Shown here piece by piece: positions 31,406 through 42,703 of a stretch of DNA of 64,000 nucleotides; within the stretch, counting starts at the first letter, position 1; each line of letters starts with the position of its first letter. The notes beneath the pieces were generated by a model, which made no database searches, was not told the DNA's origin, and worked only from the letters and a program-made list of their open reading frames with translations. Position numbers and translations under genes: made by a program. Source of the stretch: Thalassobaculaceae bacterium (GTDB lineage: Bacteria; Pseudomonadota; Alphaproteobacteria; Thalassobaculales; Thalassobaculaceae); NCBI GenBank assembly GCA_965228875.1, contig OZ245843.1, positions 3,950,616 through 4,014,615 of the forward strand, in the 5' to 3' direction.

Positions 31406-32518
31406 TCACACCAGCTTGTCCAGCTCCTTGAGGATGCTGTCGGTCATGGTCGCGGTGGAGACCTTGGCCTTGCCCGGGGCCATGATGTCGGCGGTGCGCA
31501 TGCCGCCGGCCAGCACGTTGTCGATCGCCTTCTCCAGCAGGTCGGCGTCCTCGCCCATGTCGAAGCTGTAGCGCAGCAGCATGGCGAAGCTCAGCATCTC
31601 GGCGATCGGGTTGGCCATGCCCTTGCCGGCGATGTCCGGGGCGGAGCCGTGGACCGGCTCGTACAGGGCGTGGCGCTTGCCGGTGGTCGGATCCTCGGCG
31701 CCGAGCGAGGCCGAGGGCAGCATGCCGAGCGAGCCGGTCAGCATGGCCGCGCAGTCGGACAGCAGGTCGCCGAACAGGTTGTCGGTGACGATCACGTCGA
31801 ACTGCTTCGGCGAGCGGACAAGCTGCATGGCGCAGTTGTCGGCGAACATGTTCTCGTATTCCAGGCCCTCGCCCTCGGCCTTGTGCAGGCCGGTCATGAC
31901 CTCGCGCCAGAGCACGCCGGACATCATGACGTTGGCCTTCTCCACCGAGGTCACCTTGCCGCGGCGCTTGCGCGCCAGGTCGAAGGCGACCCGGCCGATG
32001 CGCTCGATCTCCGGCGTGGTGTAGGCCTGGGTGTCGTAGCCGCGCTTGGTGCCGTCGGGCAGGTCCTCGATGCCGCGCGGCTCGCAGAAATACACACCGC
32101 CGGTCAGCTCGCGCAGGATCATGATGTCGAGGCCGGAGACCAGCTCCGGCTTCAGCGACGAGTTCTCGACCATCGAGGGGAAGACCATCGCCGGGCGCAG
32201 GTTGGCGAACAGGTCCATCTCCTTGCGCAGGCGCAGCAGGCCGCGCTCCGGCTTCAGCTCGAACGGCAGGTCGTCGTATTTCGGGCCGCCGACCGCGCCG
32301 AACAGGACGGCGTCGGCATGGGTGGCGTCGGTCATGGTCTCGTCGGTCAGCGCCGTGCCGTGGGCGTCGTAGGCGGCGCCGCCGACCAGGCCCTCGTCGA
32401 TGTCGAAGGACACCGAGCGCTTCTTGGCCATCCAGTCGACCACGCGCAGCGTCTCGCCGACGACCTCGGGGCCGATGCCGTCACCCGGCAGCACCAGCAG
32501 TTTCTTGTTCGACGCCAT
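31406..32518 (-). CDS. leuB: 3-isopropylmalate dehydrogenase
   Basis: [19 protein letters not shown] and [13 protein letters not shown] motifs. Confidence 0.96.
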   Translation of the reverse strand: MASNKKLLVLPGDGIGPEVVGETLRVVDWMAKKRSVSFDIDEGLVGGAAYDAHGTALTDETMTDATHADAVLFGAVGGPKYDDLPFELKPERGLLRLRKEMDLFANLRPAMVFPSMVENSSLKPELVSGLDIMILRELTGGVYFCEPRGIEDLPDGTKRGYDTQAYTTPEIERIGRVAFDLARKRRGKVTSVEKANVMMSGVLWREVMTGLHKAEGEGLEYENMFADNCAMQLVRSPKQFDVIVTDNLFGDLLSDCAAMLTGSLGMLPSASLGAEDPTTGKRHALYEPVHGSAPDIAGKGMANPIAEMLSFAMLLRYSFDMGEDADLLEKAIDNVLAGGMRTADIMAPGKAKVSTATMTDSILKELDKLV

Positions 32519-32712
32519 GGCGCGGTATCCTCCACATAATCCCGCTTTTTCCCGGCCGTTTCCTTACAGAAAGGGGGAGAGCGAAGCAAATCGGTTGTTT
32601 TTCGCGACCGGCGGGATATCGCCCGCCGGTTTCGCGCTGCGTTTCGAGGGCGGCACCCGTCCGGCCGCCCCCGCGTCTGGTGCGGGCCGAAGCCTCAGGC
32701 CCAGGGGGGGCC

Positions 32713-33318
32713 TCAGGCCCAGGGCTGCGATGCCTTGCGCTGATCCTCGAAGCTGTCGATCTTCGACGCCTTCTCCATGGTCAGGCCGATATCGTCGAGA
32801 CCGTTCAGCAGGCAGTGCTTGCGGTGGGCGTCGATCTCGAACGACACGCTCTCGCCGTTCGGCCGACCGATGGTCTGGTTCTCCAGGTCGACCTCCAGCA
32901 CCGCGTTGGACCCCTTGGAGGCGTCGTCCATCAGCTCGCGCAGCTGCTCGTGGGTCACCTTGATCGGCAGGATCCCGTTCTTGAAGCAGTTGTTGTAGAA
33001 GATGTCGGCGAAGCTGGTGGAGATCACGCACTTGATGCCGAAGTCGAGCAGTGCCCAGGGGGCGTGCTCGCGGCTCGACCCGCAGCCGAAATTGTCCTCG
33101 GCGACGATGACCTGAGCCTGGCGATACTGCGGCTTGTTCAGCACGAAGTCCGGCTTCTCGCTGCCGTCCTCGTTGTAGCGCATCTCGGCGAAGGCGTGCT
33201 TGCCGAGGCCGGTCCGCTTGATGGTCTTCAGGTACTGCTTGGGGATGATCATATCGGTGTCGATGTTGATCATGTCCATCGGGGCGGCGGTGCCGCGCAG
33301 CTGGGTGAACTTCTCCAT
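32713..33318 (-). CDS. leuD: 3-isopropylmalate dehydratase small subunit
   Basis: [13 protein letters not shown] and [15 protein letters not shown]; true start at ATG 33318. Confidence 0.96.
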   Translation of the reverse strand: MEKFTQLRGTAAPMDMINIDTDMIIPKQYLKTIKRTGLGKHAFAEMRYNEDGSEKPDFVLNKPQYRQAQVIVAEDNFGCGSSREHAPWALLDFGIKCVISTSFADIFYNNCFKNGILPIKVTHEQLRELMDDASKGSNAVLEVDLENQTIGRPNGESVSFEIDAHRKHCLLNGLDDIGLTMEKASKIDSFEDQRKASQPWA

Positions 33319-33338
33319 CGCTCTCTTCTCCCCTCTCG

Positions 33339-34748
33339 TCAGTTGGCCAGGTCGCGCACGTCGGCCAGATGGCCGGTCACGGCGGCGGCGGCGGCCATGG
33401 CCGGGCTGACCAGGTGGGTGCGCCCGCCGGGGCCCTGGCGGCCCTGGAAGTTGCGGTTGGAGGTCGAGGCGCAGCGCTCTCCCGGCTCCAGCTTGTCGGC
33501 GTTCATGGCGAGGCACATGGAGCACCCGGGCTCGCGCCAGTCGAAACCCGCCTCCTTCAGGATCGCGTCGAGGCCCTCCTGTTCCGCCTGCTCCTTCACC
33601 AGGCCGGAGCCCGGGACGACCATGGCGTGGACGTTCGCCGCGACCTTGCGGCCCTTGGCGATGGCGGCGGCGGCGCGGATGTCCTCGATCCGGCCGTTGG
33701 TGCAGGACCCGATGAACACCTTGTCGACGGCGACCTCGGTCATCGGCGTGTTCGGCGCCAGACCCATATAGGCCAGCGCGCGCTCGATCGCCGCCTTCTT
33801 GCCGGGGTCGGCCTCGGCCGCCGGGTCCGGCGTGTGGCCGGTCACCGGAACCACGTCCTGCGGACTGGTGCCCCAGGTGACCTGCGGAACGATGTCCTCG
33901 GCCTTGAGCACGACCTCCTTGTCGTAGGTCGCGCCCTCGTCGGACGGCAGGGTCTTCCAGTAGGCGACCGCCTGCTCCCAGGCGCCGCCCTTGGGCGCCA
34001 TCGGGCGGCCCTTCAGGTACTCGAAGGTGGTCTCGTCCGGCGCGATCATGCCGGCGCGCGCACCGGCCTCGATGGTCATGTTGCAGACCGTCATGCGGGC
34101 TTCCATCGACATGGCGCGGATCGCCTCGCCGGCGAACTCGACCACGTGGCCGGTGCCGCCGGCCGTGCCGATCTTGCCGATGATGGCCAGGATCACGTCC
34201 TTGGAGGTGACACCCTCCGGCACCTTGCCCTCGACCGTGATGCGCATGTTCTTGGCCGGGGCCTGCAGCAGGGTCTGGGTCGCCAGCACGTGCTCGACCT
34301 CGGAGGTGCCGATGCCGAAGGCCAGCGAACCGAAGGCGCCGTGGGTGGCGGTGTGGCTGTCGCCGCACACGATGGTCATGCCCGGCAGGGTGAAGCCCTG
34401 CTCCGGCCCGATGATGTGCACGATGCCCTGGCGCACGTCCATGACCGGGAAGTACGGAACACCGAAGTCCTTGACGTTCTTCTCGAGCGTCTCGACCTGG
34501 ATGCGGCTCTCCTCGTCGGCGATCCCCTTGGAGCGATCCGAGGTCGGCACGTTGTGGTCGGCGACCGCGAGGGTCAGGTCGGGCCGGCGCACCTTGCGGC
34601 CGGCCATCTTCAGCCCCTCGAAGGCCTGCGGGCTGGTGACCTCGTGGACCAGGTGGCGGTCGATGTAGATGAGACAGGTGCCGTCCTCCTGGACGTCCAC
34701 CAGGTGGTTCTGCCAGATCTTGTCGAACAGCGTGCGCGGGTTCGCCAT
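33339..34748 (-). CDS. leuC: 3-isopropylmalate dehydratase large subunit
   Basis: [19 protein letters not shown] and [10 protein letters not shown] motifs. Confidence 0.97.
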   Translation of the reverse strand: MANPRTLFDKIWQNHLVDVQEDGTCLIYIDRHLVHEVTSPQAFEGLKMAGRKVRRPDLTLAVADHNVPTSDRSKGIADEESRIQVETLEKNVKDFGVPYFPVMDVRQGIVHIIGPEQGFTLPGMTIVCGDSHTATHGAFGSLAFGIGTSEVEHVLATQTLLQAPAKNMRITVEGKVPEGVTSKDVILAIIGKIGTAGGTGHVVEFAGEAIRAMSMEARMTVCNMTIEAGARAGMIAPDETTFEYLKGRPMAPKGGAWEQAVAYWKTLPSDEGATYDKEVVLKAEDIVPQVTWGTSPQDVVPVTGHTPDPAAEADPGKKAAIERALAYMGLAPNTPMTEVAVDKVFIGSCTNGRIEDIRAAAAIAKGRKVAANVHAMVVPGSGLVKEQAEQEGLDAILKEAGFDWREPGCSMCLAMNADKLEPGERCASTSNRNFQGRQGPGGRTHLVSPAMAAAAAVTGHLADVRDLAN

Positions 34749-34968
34749 GGCTGCCGGTTCCTCCTAAAGCATGGGGCCGCCGTCTCGGGGAGCGGGCTAG
34801 GCTCCGGCGGCGGCCGGTCTCTCGTGTCGATCCTGCGCTCCGTTGGCCGGAACAGCGTGCTTCGAGCGGCGGACTGTACAAGCACGATGGATGCAGGCAA
34901 ACGATGAAACGCGCAAGAACGCTTTGCGCGGGGGCATGTCCGCCCACCCCAACGACCGGAAAGCGACG

Positions 34969-35766
34969 ATGCCCGAGACCTCGACCCCGTCGGAGACCTC
35001 GATCCTGTCGGAGATCCCGACCCTGTCCGAGGTTCTGGCGGCGCTCGACACGGGCTCCCTGCTCCTGGCGGCCCTGGCCGTGGCGCTGGCGGGGCTGGTG
35101 CGCGGGTTCGCCGGCTTCGGCGCGGCGCTGGTCATGGCGCCGGTGCTGGCGCTGCTCTACGGGGTGACAGCGGCGGTGCCCATGATGTCGGCGATGGAGG
35201 TGCCGGCACTGTTCCAGATCGCCCGCATCGCCCGGCGCGAGACCGACTGGCGCAGGACCGGGCCGATGGCGGTCACCGCGGTGCTGGCGATCCCGGTCGG
35301 CGCGACGGTGCTCGTGGCCCTCGATCCGGAGCTGCTGCGCCGCGGGATCTCGGTGATCGTGCTGCTGCTGGTGGCGATCATGGCGGTCGGCGGACTGCCG
35401 CCGCTGCGCCGGACCCGGCCGCGCGACGTCTCGACCGCCGCGCTCGCCGGGGTGATGGGCGGGGCGACCGGGATCGGCGGGCCGCCGCTGATCCTGTACT
35501 TCCTGGCGACCGGCGATCCGGCCAAGCAGGTGCGCGGCGACCTGTTCGGCTATTTCCTGGTCACCTCCCTGGTCGGGCTGGCGACCTTCTTCGCCTATGG
35601 TCTGTTCACCCTGAAGACCGTCACCCTGGGCCTGGCGCTGAGCGTGCCCTACATGCTCGGGATGCAACTCGGGTCGAAGCTGTTCCCGCTGGCCAGCGAG
35701 AAGACCTTCCGCCGCATCGCCCTAGTGATCCTGGCCTGCGTCGGGGCGGGGACGTTGATGAAATAG
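34969..35766 (+). CDS. TauE/SafE (sulfite exporter-like) membrane protein
   Basis: [15 protein letters not shown] and [10 protein letters not shown] repeats, multiple TM segments. Confidence 0.8.
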   Translation: MPETSTPSETSILSEIPTLSEVLAALDTGSLLLAALAVALAGLVRGFAGFGAALVMAPVLALLYGVTAAVPMMSAMEVPALFQIARIARRETDWRRTGPMAVTAVLAIPVGATVLVALDPELLRRGISVIVLLLVAIMAVGGLPPLRRTRPRDVSTAALAGVMGGATGIGGPPLILYFLATGDPAKQVRGDLFGYFLVTSLVGLATFFAYGLFTLKTVTLGLALSVPYMLGMQLGSKLFPLASEKTFRRIALVILACVGAGTLMK

Positions 35767-35810
35767 ATCGGCCCGGATCGCCGCCGGGCACGGAGAGGGC
35801 GGACACAACG

Positions 35811-35850
35811 ACGAACGCCGCGACCCTCTCGGATCGCGGCGCCCGTTTGT
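35811..35850. terminator. hairpin between convergent tauE-like gene and rplS
   Basis: CGCCGCGA-ccctctcgga-TCGCGGCG stem; U-tracts weak. Confidence 0.45.
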
Positions 35851-35894
35851 CCGTGCCTGTATTCCGTTCCCCGGAGGAGGTCCGGGGGAGAGGC

Positions 35895-36386
35895 TTACGC
35901 CTCGGCGCTGCTCTCGGCGGCCTTGGCGGCGGCCTTCTCGGCTTCCTTGGCGGCCTGGGCGGCCTTGTTCGCGGCCTTGGCCTCGGCGGCCTGGGCGCGC
36001 TCGGCGGCGGCCAGCTTGCCGGCGACGCCGGTGGTCTTCTCGGCGATACGGGCCGACTTACCGGTGCGGCCGCGCAGGTAGTACAGCTTGGCGCGGCGGA
36101 CCTTGCCGCGGCGCATCACCTCGATGCCGGCGATCCGCGGCGAGTACAGCGGGAACACGCGCTCCACGCCCTCGCCGTAGGAGATCTTGCGCACGGTGAA
36201 GGACGAGTTCAGGCCGTCGTTGTTGCGGCCGATGCACACGCCCTCGAAGGCCTGGATGCGCTCGCGCGAGCCTTCGACCACCTTCACGTCGACGCGCAAC
36301 GTGTCGCCCGGCGCGAACTCGGGAATCTCGCGGTCCGCGCTCAGCTTCTCGACCTGCTCCTTGTTGAGCTGCTCGATGATGTTCAT
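35895..36386 (-). CDS. rplS: 50S ribosomal protein L19
   Basis: [18 protein letters not shown] and RRAKLYYLR motifs. Confidence 0.97.
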   Translation of the reverse strand: MNIIEQLNKEQVEKLSADREIPEFAPGDTLRVDVKVVEGSRERIQAFEGVCIGRNNDGLNSSFTVRKISYGEGVERVFPLYSPRIAGIEVMRRGKVRRAKLYYLRGRTGKSARIAEKTTGVAGKLAAAERAQAAEAKAANKAAQAAKEAEKAAAKAAESSAEA

Positions 36387-36456
36387 GGCTTCGTCTCCGT
36401 CTCGTGGCCGGTTGGTACTCGCCCCGGCGGTTGGTCCCGTCTCTGGCCGCCCGGTC

Positions 36457-37194
36457 TCACCGACGCTCGGCCCGTTCCTTGTCCTCCAGGTAGCGCGCCC
36501 AGAGATCCGGTCGCCGCTCCCGCGTGATGTTCTCGGCCTCCCGGCGGCGCCAGTCCCGTACCCGGGCGTGATGGCCGCTGGTCAGCACCTCGGGGACGGC
36601 CATGCCGCTCCACTCCCGAGGCTGGGTATAGAGGGGATACTCCAGCAGCCCCTCTTCGAAACTCTCCTCGGTCAATCCGTCGGCCGCGCCCATGACCCCG
36701 GGCAGCAGGCGGATCGCCGCATCCATCATCGCCAGCGCCGCCGGCTCGCCGCCGGACAGCACGAAGTCCCCGAGGCTGAGTTCCTCGAGACCGCGGGCGG
36801 CGATCACCCGCTCGTCGAGGCCCTCGTAGCGCCCGCAGAGGAAGACCGCACCCGGTCCATCCGCCAACGTCTTTGCCCGCGCCTGATCGAAGCGCCGTCC
36901 GCGCGGGCTGAGGTAGATCCGCGGACCCGGTCTGTCCTCCACCGCCGCCAGTGCCGCATCCACGACATCGGGGCGCATGACCATACCGGTTCCCCCGCCG
37001 AACGGGGTGTCGTCCACGGAGCGGTGCTTATCGCGCGCGAAGTCCCGTATGTCCAGCGTTTTCAGGCTCCACACGCCGGATTTCAGGGCCTTCCCCGCGA
37101 GCGACAGACCGAGCGGTCCCGGAAACATTTCCGGGAACAGCGTCAGGACGGTGGCCTGCCAGCCCGCCGTCTGCTCGTCGCTCCGCTCGTCCAC
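36457..37194 (-). CDS. trmD: tRNA (guanine-N1)-methyltransferase
   Basis: [24 protein letters not shown] and SGHH motifs. Confidence 0.96.
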   Translation of the reverse strand: MDERSDEQTAGWQATVLTLFPEMFPGPLGLSLAGKALKSGVWSLKTLDIRDFARDKHRSVDDTPFGGGTGMVMRPDVVDAALAAVEDRPGPRIYLSPRGRRFDQARAKTLADGPGAVFLCGRYEGLDERVIAARGLEELSLGDFVLSGGEPAALAMMDAAIRLLPGVMGAADGLTEESFEEGLLEYPLYTQPREWSGMAVPEVLTSGHHARVRDWRRREAENITRERRPDLWARYLEDKERAERR

Positions 37195-37215
37195 ACCGAA
37201 TTCCTTCTTTCGGCC

Positions 37216-37719
37216 CTATTCCAGGGCGCCGTCCGGCGGATCGACGACCATCCGGCGCACCTCGAGATCGACCGTCGGCACGACCTGCTCGGTGAAGGGC
37301 AGCATCCGCGCCTTGCCGTCGGCCCCGCGAAACTCCAGCACGTCGCCGGCGCCGAAGTCGTAGAGCGCGGTGACGGTGCCCAGCGGGCTGCCGTCGGTCG
37401 CGACCACGTCCATGCCGATCAGGTCGGCATGGTAGAAGCTGCCGTCATCGGGGTCGGGCAGGGCCGTGCGCTCCACGTACAGCCGCTCGCCCTTCAGGGC
37501 CTCGGCCGCGTCGCGGTCGCCGACCCCGTCCACGGCGACGATCACCTGTCCCTTGGCGGCACCGGTGACCCGCAGGGTGAAGCGCCGGTTGCCGGTCTCG
37601 TCCTCGACGGGGCCGTAGGCGGCGACATCCTCCGGCACCTCGGTGAAGGGCTTAACCTTCACCAGGCCCCGGACCCCGTGCGGGCCGGTGATCGCTCCGA
37701 CACAGACGCGTGCGCTCAT
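37216..37719 (-). CDS. rimM: 16S rRNA processing protein RimM
   Basis: HGVRG, FYHADLIG and FGAGDVLE; start at ATG 37719. Confidence 0.94.
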   Translation of the reverse strand: MSARVCVGAITGPHGVRGLVKVKPFTEVPEDVAAYGPVEDETGNRRFTLRVTGAAKGQVIVAVDGVGDRDAAEALKGERLYVERTALPDPDDGSFYHADLIGMDVVATDGSPLGTVTALYDFGAGDVLEFRGADGKARMLPFTEQVVPTVDLEVRRMVVDPPDGALE

Positions 37720-37748
37720 GGCACCGGTCCCCGCGCGGCGCTCGGGCC

Positions 37749-38174
37749 TCAGGCCCCGGCCGACTCCGCGGCCGACTCTTCGGCCGGCGCCTCGGCGGCT
37801 TCGGCAGCGGCGGCGGCCGCGGCTTCGGCAGCCTCGGCGGCCTTCGCGGCTTCCTCGGCCTCGCGCTCGGCGCGCTTCTTGCCCGGCGCGGACTTCTTGG
37901 TCTGCTCGTTCCACTGGAACGGATCCATCACGCCGGCCTTGCCGAGCATCTTGTGGACCCGGTCGGTCGGACGGGCGCCGACGGACAGCCAGTGCTTGAT
38001 GCGGTCCTCTTTCACCACCAGGCGATGCTCGTGGTCCTGCGGCAGCATCGGGTTGTAGGTGCCGACCTTCTCGACGAAGCGGCCGTCGCGCGGCGACGTC
38101 GCCTCGGCAACGACGATGCGGTAGAACGGGCGCTTCTTGGCGCCGCCGCGCGCCAGGCGAATGCGAAGTGACAT
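37749..38174 (-). CDS. rpsP: 30S ribosomal protein S16
   Basis: [19 protein letters not shown]...PRDG motif. Confidence 0.97.
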   Translation of the reverse strand: MSLRIRLARGGAKKRPFYRIVVAEATSPRDGRFVEKVGTYNPMLPQDHEHRLVVKEDRIKHWLSVGARPTDRVHKMLGKAGVMDPFQWNEQTKKSAPGKKRAEREAEEAAKAAEAAEAAAAAAAEAAEAPAEESAAESAGA

Positions 38175-38246
38175 AGTCGTTCCTTTCTCAGTGTATTTCG
38201 TATTTTTTCAATGCGTTAATGCGGTATCGGCAGGCTCACTCGAGGC

Positions 38247-39734
38247 TCATTTGCGCTTGCCGGGAAATCCGGGAGGCAGGCCGCCCGGCCCGCCCAGCCC
38301 CGGGAGCTTCAGGCCGCCGGGACCGCCGAGCCCCGGCATGCCGCCACCCGAGGGCATCTGCGGCATCTGCGACGGGTCCGGCATGCCGCCGGGTCCGCCT
38401 CCGCCCATCAGGCCCTTCATCATGCCCTTGCCGCCGACCTTGCCGACCTTCTTCATCATCTTGGCCATTTCCATATGGCTCTTGAGAAGGCGGTTGATGT
38501 CCTGGACCTCGGTCCCCGAGCCGGCGGCGACGCGGCGCTTGCGCGAGGCGTTCATCACCCGCGGGTTGGCCCGCTCCGCCTTGGTCATCGAGGAGATGAT
38601 GGCTTCCTGACGCTTCAGCTGGCCGTCGTCGATGTTGGCCCCGGCCAGCTGCTTCTGCAGCTTGCCCACCCCGGGCAGCAGGCCGAGGACGCCGCCGAGC
38701 CCGCCGAGGTTGCGCAACTGCTTGAGCTGGGTCGCCATGTCGTCGAGCGTGAAGGTGCCCTTCATCATCCGCTCGGCCATCTTCTCGGCCTCGTCGGCCT
38801 CGATGGTCTGGGCGGCCTTCTCGACCAGGCTGACCACGTCGCCCATGCCGAGGATGCGGCCGGCGATGCGCTCGGGGTGGAAGTCTTCCAGGTCCTCGAC
38901 CTTCTCGCCGACGCCGAGCGCCTTGATCGGCTTGCCGGTGATGCCGCGCATGGACAGCGCCGCGCCGCCTCGGCTGTCGCCGTCGACCCGGGTCAGGACG
39001 ATGCCGGTGATGCCGACACGCTCGTCGAAATTGGTGGCGGTGTTCACCGCATCCTGGCCGGTCAGCGCGTCGGCGACCAGCAGGACCTCGTGCGGGTTGA
39101 CCGCGTCCTTGACCGCCCGCGCCTCGGCCATCAGGCCCTCGTCGATCGACACCCGGCCGGCGGTGTCCAGCATGACCACGTCGTAGCCCTGCAGGCGGCC
39201 GGCGGTCATCGCGCGCTTGGCGATGGTCAGCGCGGTCTCGCCCTGGACGATCGGCAACGTGTCGACGCCGACCTGCTCGCCCAGGGTGCGCAGCTGCTCG
39301 CGCGCCGCCGGGCGGGTGACGTCGAGCGACGCCATGAGAACCTTCTTGCGGTCGCGCTCGGCCAGGCGCCTGGCCAGCTTGGCGGTGGTGGTGGTCTTGC
39401 CGCCGCCCTGCAGGCCGACCATCAGGATCGGCACCGGCGCGGCCGCGTTCAGGCTGACCGCCTGACTGTCGGAGCCGAGCGTGGCGACCAACTCGTCATG
39501 GACGATCTTGACGACCATCTGGCCCGGAGTGACCGACTTGATCACCTCCTGGCCGACGGCGCGCTCGCGCACCCGGTCGATGAAGGACTTGACGACCGGC
39601 AGGGCGACATCGGCCTCCAGCAGCGCCACGCGCACTTCGCGCATGGCGGCGGACACGTCGCTCTCGCTCAGCGCGCCGCGCTTCTTCAGCCGGTCGAAGA
39701 CCGACCCCAGACGCTCGCTCAATCCTTCGAACAC
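38247..39734 (-). CDS. ffh: signal recognition particle protein Ffh
   Basis: ALLEADV, GLQGGGKTTT, DTAGR and a Met-rich M domain; GTG start. Confidence 0.96.
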   Translation of the reverse strand: MFEGLSERLGSVFDRLKKRGALSESDVSAAMREVRVALLEADVALPVVKSFIDRVRERAVGQEVIKSVTPGQMVVKIVHDELVATLGSDSQAVSLNAAAPVPILMVGLQGGGKTTTTAKLARRLAERDRKKVLMASLDVTRPAAREQLRTLGEQVGVDTLPIVQGETALTIAKRAMTAGRLQGYDVVMLDTAGRVSIDEGLMAEARAVKDAVNPHEVLLVADALTGQDAVNTATNFDERVGITGIVLTRVDGDSRGGAALSMRGITGKPIKALGVGEKVEDLEDFHPERIAGRILGMGDVVSLVEKAAQTIEADEAEKMAERMMKGTFTLDDMATQLKQLRNLGGLGGVLGLLPGVGKLQKQLAGANIDDGQLKRQEAIISSMTKAERANPRVMNASRKRRVAAGSGTEVQDINRLLKSHMEMAKMMKKVGKVGGKGMMKGLMGGGGPGGMPDPSQMPQMPSGGGMPGLGGPGGLKLPGLGGPGGLPPGFPGKRK

Positions 39735-40135
39735 GCGATCACCCGTGGTGCTGTGTTGCGAATCCATCGCCCCGAATGCCGATCGCCCAAACGGAAACGC
39801 GCCCGTGCTCGAACCCTCGAGGACGGACGGAACCCGCTAAGGTCTCGGCGGCCGAAGCTGTGCCAAGAAGCGCGCTGTATACGCGGGCCGCGCCGATGGG
39901 TCAAGCGCGGGCAGTCCAAAGGCGGGCAGTCCAGGGACGGGCGGTCAAGGGCGGGCGACCCCCGCGTCCACGGCATGACCGCTGCGCTTGCGTCGCATGG
40001 CGGTAGGGCTTTCGAAGCGGCGTGCCCGGAGCGATATTATCGTCCCGTGACCTCGGGGAGCCCGGCGACTGTGTCCGGCGATAACCGGGTCGCGCCGCGC
40101 TGCACGCGCGACCGGGCCGGGAGGCCCTTTCCCCA

Positions 40136-40435
40136 ATGTCGTTCTTCAATGTCCGCACCGCCCTCTTCGCGGTCCTCGCGGTCGCCCTGTATTCCGCCGC
40201 CGCCCTCGCCGCCGGCAATGCCGCGCGCGGGATCGAGCCGGCGACCGATGCCGGTTCCTGCGCCCAGCTCGTCGCCGATACCCGCGAGATGCTCGAGGAG
40301 ACGGAGCTGTCCTCGGCCACCGACCAGGCCGTCGAGAGCCTCATCACCGAAGCCGTCGCCCAGTGCGACGCCGGTCAGTTCGGCGAGGCCACGGACAGCG
40401 TGGTCCAGGCCCGCGCCCTGATCACCCAGGAATAG
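40136..40435 (+). CDS. small secreted acidic protein with two Cys
   Basis: Signal-peptide-like N-terminus (ALA cleavage), helical acidic mature part. Confidence 0.6.
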   Translation: MSFFNVRTALFAVLAVALYSAAALAAGNAARGIEPATDAGSCAQLVADTREMLEETELSSATDQAVESLITEAVAQCDAGQFGEATDSVVQARALITQE

Positions 40436-40452
40436 TCGCGGGGACCGGTCGG

Positions 40453-41703
40453 TCAGGCCGGCACGATGGAGGGACGGGCGTTGAGGGCGTCCTTGTCGAA
40501 CCCGGCGAGGCGCTTATAGGCGGCGGCCGTCCCTTCGCGTTCCTCGGGGGTCAGCACGTCTTCGATGGTCGCGAAGCCCTGCGGCGCGCGCTCCTCGACC
40601 ATCTGCATCACCTGTTCCGGGCCGTTGCCGCGGTTGGCGGTGACGATCTTCGCCGTGGCGGGCCGGCGCTCGGCCTCGTAGGCCGCCAGCGCGTCGGGCG
40701 TGAGACCGTGCGCCAGCAGCTCGCGGGTCAGCACCCGGGCATCGAGGATGCCCTGGCTCGCCCCGTTGGAGCCGATCGGATACATCGGATGGGCGGCGTC
40801 CCCGAGCAGGGTCATGCGCCCGAACGTCCAGGCCTGCAGCGGGTCGCGGTCGACCATCGGATACTCGTAGACCCGGTCGGCCGCCCGGATCAGCGCCGGC
40901 ACGTCGAGCCAGTCGAAGCGCCAGTCCTCAAACGGCGGCAGGTAGTCCGCGCGGACGCCTTGGCGGTTCCAGTCTTCCCGCCGCCAGGCGTGGTCCGTCG
41001 CGAACTTGCGCTCGGCGATGAAGTTGATGGTCTGGCGGCCATCCGCGTGATCGCGGATCGGATAGCAGACGAATTTCTGAAACTCGTGACCGGCCATGAC
41101 CATCGTGCGGCCGCCCAGGAACGGCTCGGCCTCGGCGGTACCGCGCCACAGGACGGCGCCGTTCCAGATCGGCGGACCCTCGTCCGCGTAGAGCCTGGCG
41201 CGGGCCGTGGAGTGGATGCCGTCGGCGGCGATCAGCAGGTCGCCGACGACCTCGGCGACCGGCGCGCCCCGACGGTCGGCGAAGCGGGCGGCGACGCCGT
41301 CCCCCCGCTCTTCCCAACCGGTCAGGGCGTGGCCGGTGGCGATCGCCTCGGGGCCGAGCCTCTCGACCACGGTACGGGTCAGCAGCATCTGCAGCTCGCC
41401 GCGATGGATCGAGATCTGCGGCCAGGCATATCCGGCTTCTCGACCACGGGGTTCCGACCAGATCTCCTGCCCGCGCCGGCTGTAGTAGGACAGCCTGGCG
41501 GTCGGGATGCCGAGGGACAGCAGCGCATCCAGCAGGCCGAGTTCGGTCAGCTCGCGCACCGCGTGGGGCAGCACGTTGATACCGACGCCGAGCGGCGCCA
41601 GCCTGTCGACGGCCTCGAACACCCGGCACGGCAGACCCGCCTGGTGCAGGCTGAGCGCCATGGTCAGCCCGGCGATCCCGCCGCCGGCGATCAGCACCGT
41701 CAT
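40453..41703 (-). CDS. FAD-dependent aromatic-ring monooxygenase
   Basis: GGGIAG, AADGIHS and LLGDAAHPMYPIGSNG motifs. Confidence 0.9.
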   Translation of the reverse strand: MTVLIAGGGIAGLTMALSLHQAGLPCRVFEAVDRLAPLGVGINVLPHAVRELTELGLLDALLSLGIPTARLSYYSRRGQEIWSEPRGREAGYAWPQISIHRGELQMLLTRTVVERLGPEAIATGHALTGWEERGDGVAARFADRRGAPVAEVVGDLLIAADGIHSTARARLYADEGPPIWNGAVLWRGTAEAEPFLGGRTMVMAGHEFQKFVCYPIRDHADGRQTINFIAERKFATDHAWRREDWNRQGVRADYLPPFEDWRFDWLDVPALIRAADRVYEYPMVDRDPLQAWTFGRMTLLGDAAHPMYPIGSNGASQGILDARVLTRELLAHGLTPDALAAYEAERRPATAKIVTANRGNGPEQVMQMVEERAPQGFATIEDVLTPEEREGTAAAYKRLAGFDKDALNARPSIVPA

Positions 41704-41810
41704 GCCGTCCTCTCCTTGTCGTTGGTTTTGGCGCGATGATAAGGAAGGCGCCCCATGGCCGCCAAGCAAACCGTGACCGGCCGCGGGTGTGGGAGCGGGA
41801 GCCAGACTCC

Positions 41811-42635
41811 ATGAGCACGAGACGCAGCGAGACCGTGACGACGCCGTTCGGTCGCGTCGAGCTTCACCGCTGGGGCGACGGCGGCCGGCCGATCGTTCTC
41901 CTTCACGCCGCCGCCACCGGGCCGCGCGCCTTCGGCGGGCTGGCGGAGCGGCTGGCCGGTGCCGGCTGGTCCTGCGTCGCGCCGGCGCTGCACGGCTACG
42001 GCGGGAGCCGGGTTGAGGGGGCGGCGACCGCGGTGGAAGGCCATGTGACCGTCGCCCGCTGGACCGTGGAGACGACCGGCGCGCGCGTTCTGTTCGGCCA
42101 TTCCATGGGCGGGCTGGCGGCCCTGCTCGCCGCGGCGCGCCTCGACCTGGATCGCCTGGCGCTGTTCGAACCGATCCTGTTCGACGCCCTCGACCGGATC
42201 GCCGATGCCGCGCTGATCGCGGCCGAAGCGGCCATGGTCGCGGCGATGAGGCAGGCACTGGCGGCCGGGCGGGACGAGGAGGCGATCAGCGGTTTCGTCG
42301 AGGTCTGGAACGACGTGGCCTGGGCGGACCTGCCCGAGGCCATGCGAGCCCGCCTGACCGATCAGGCCCCGGTCGTCGTCGCCGATACCCAGGCGACGGG
42401 AAGCGTGACGCTCGGTGCCGGCGTGTGGGACGCGGCGCCGCAGACGGTACTGATTCGCGGCGATCGTTCGCCGGAGATCGCATCGCGGATGGTCGCCGGC
42501 GCGGCCGCCAAACTGAACGCCAGGCTGGCCGACAGCCAGGTCGTCGTCCTGCCCGGTTTGGGCCACATGGCGCCGCTCACCACCGCCGGTCCGGTGGCCG
42601 ATGCCCTCGCGGGGGTTTTGGCGGCGCCCTCTTAA
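41811..42635 (+). CDS. alpha/beta hydrolase
   Basis: GHSMG nucleophile elbow and C-terminal GHM. Confidence 0.85.
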   Translation: MSTRRSETVTTPFGRVELHRWGDGGRPIVLLHAAATGPRAFGGLAERLAGAGWSCVAPALHGYGGSRVEGAATAVEGHVTVARWTVETTGARVLFGHSMGGLAALLAAARLDLDRLALFEPILFDALDRIADAALIAAEAAMVAAMRQALAAGRDEEAISGFVEVWNDVAWADLPEAMRARLTDQAPVVVADTQATGSVTLGAGVWDAAPQTVLIRGDRSPEIASRMVAGAAAKLNARLADSQVVVLPGLGHMAPLTTAGPVADALAGVLAAPS

Positions 42636-42647
42636 CCTACGGGTAAC
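42632..42647 (+). promoter_or_regulatory. imperfect CtrA-like box TTAA-N7-GTAAC
   Basis: TTAACCTACGGGTAAC about 57 bp upstream of the glycosyltransferase; overlaps the upstream stop codon. Confidence 0.3.
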
Positions 42648-42703
42648 GCACAACTATATCCGAAAGTCAGCCACCGTCACCGCAACCGGCGAAAGGATCT
42701 TCC

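Noticed and set aside
32692..32724. Direct repeat at the leuD 3' end as an att site or target-site duplication
   Set aside because: Copies are only 3 bp apart with no cargo or integrase; treated as a local duplication.
34749..34968. Possible Leu-rich leader peptide upstream of leuC
   Set aside because: No short ORF with a run of Leu codons was found on the minus strand.
32713..35667. 984-aa ORF ending in LeuD, suggesting a fusion
   Set aside because: The N-terminal part overlaps leuC out of frame and the tauE-like gene antisense; LeuD has its own RBS and ATG at 33318.
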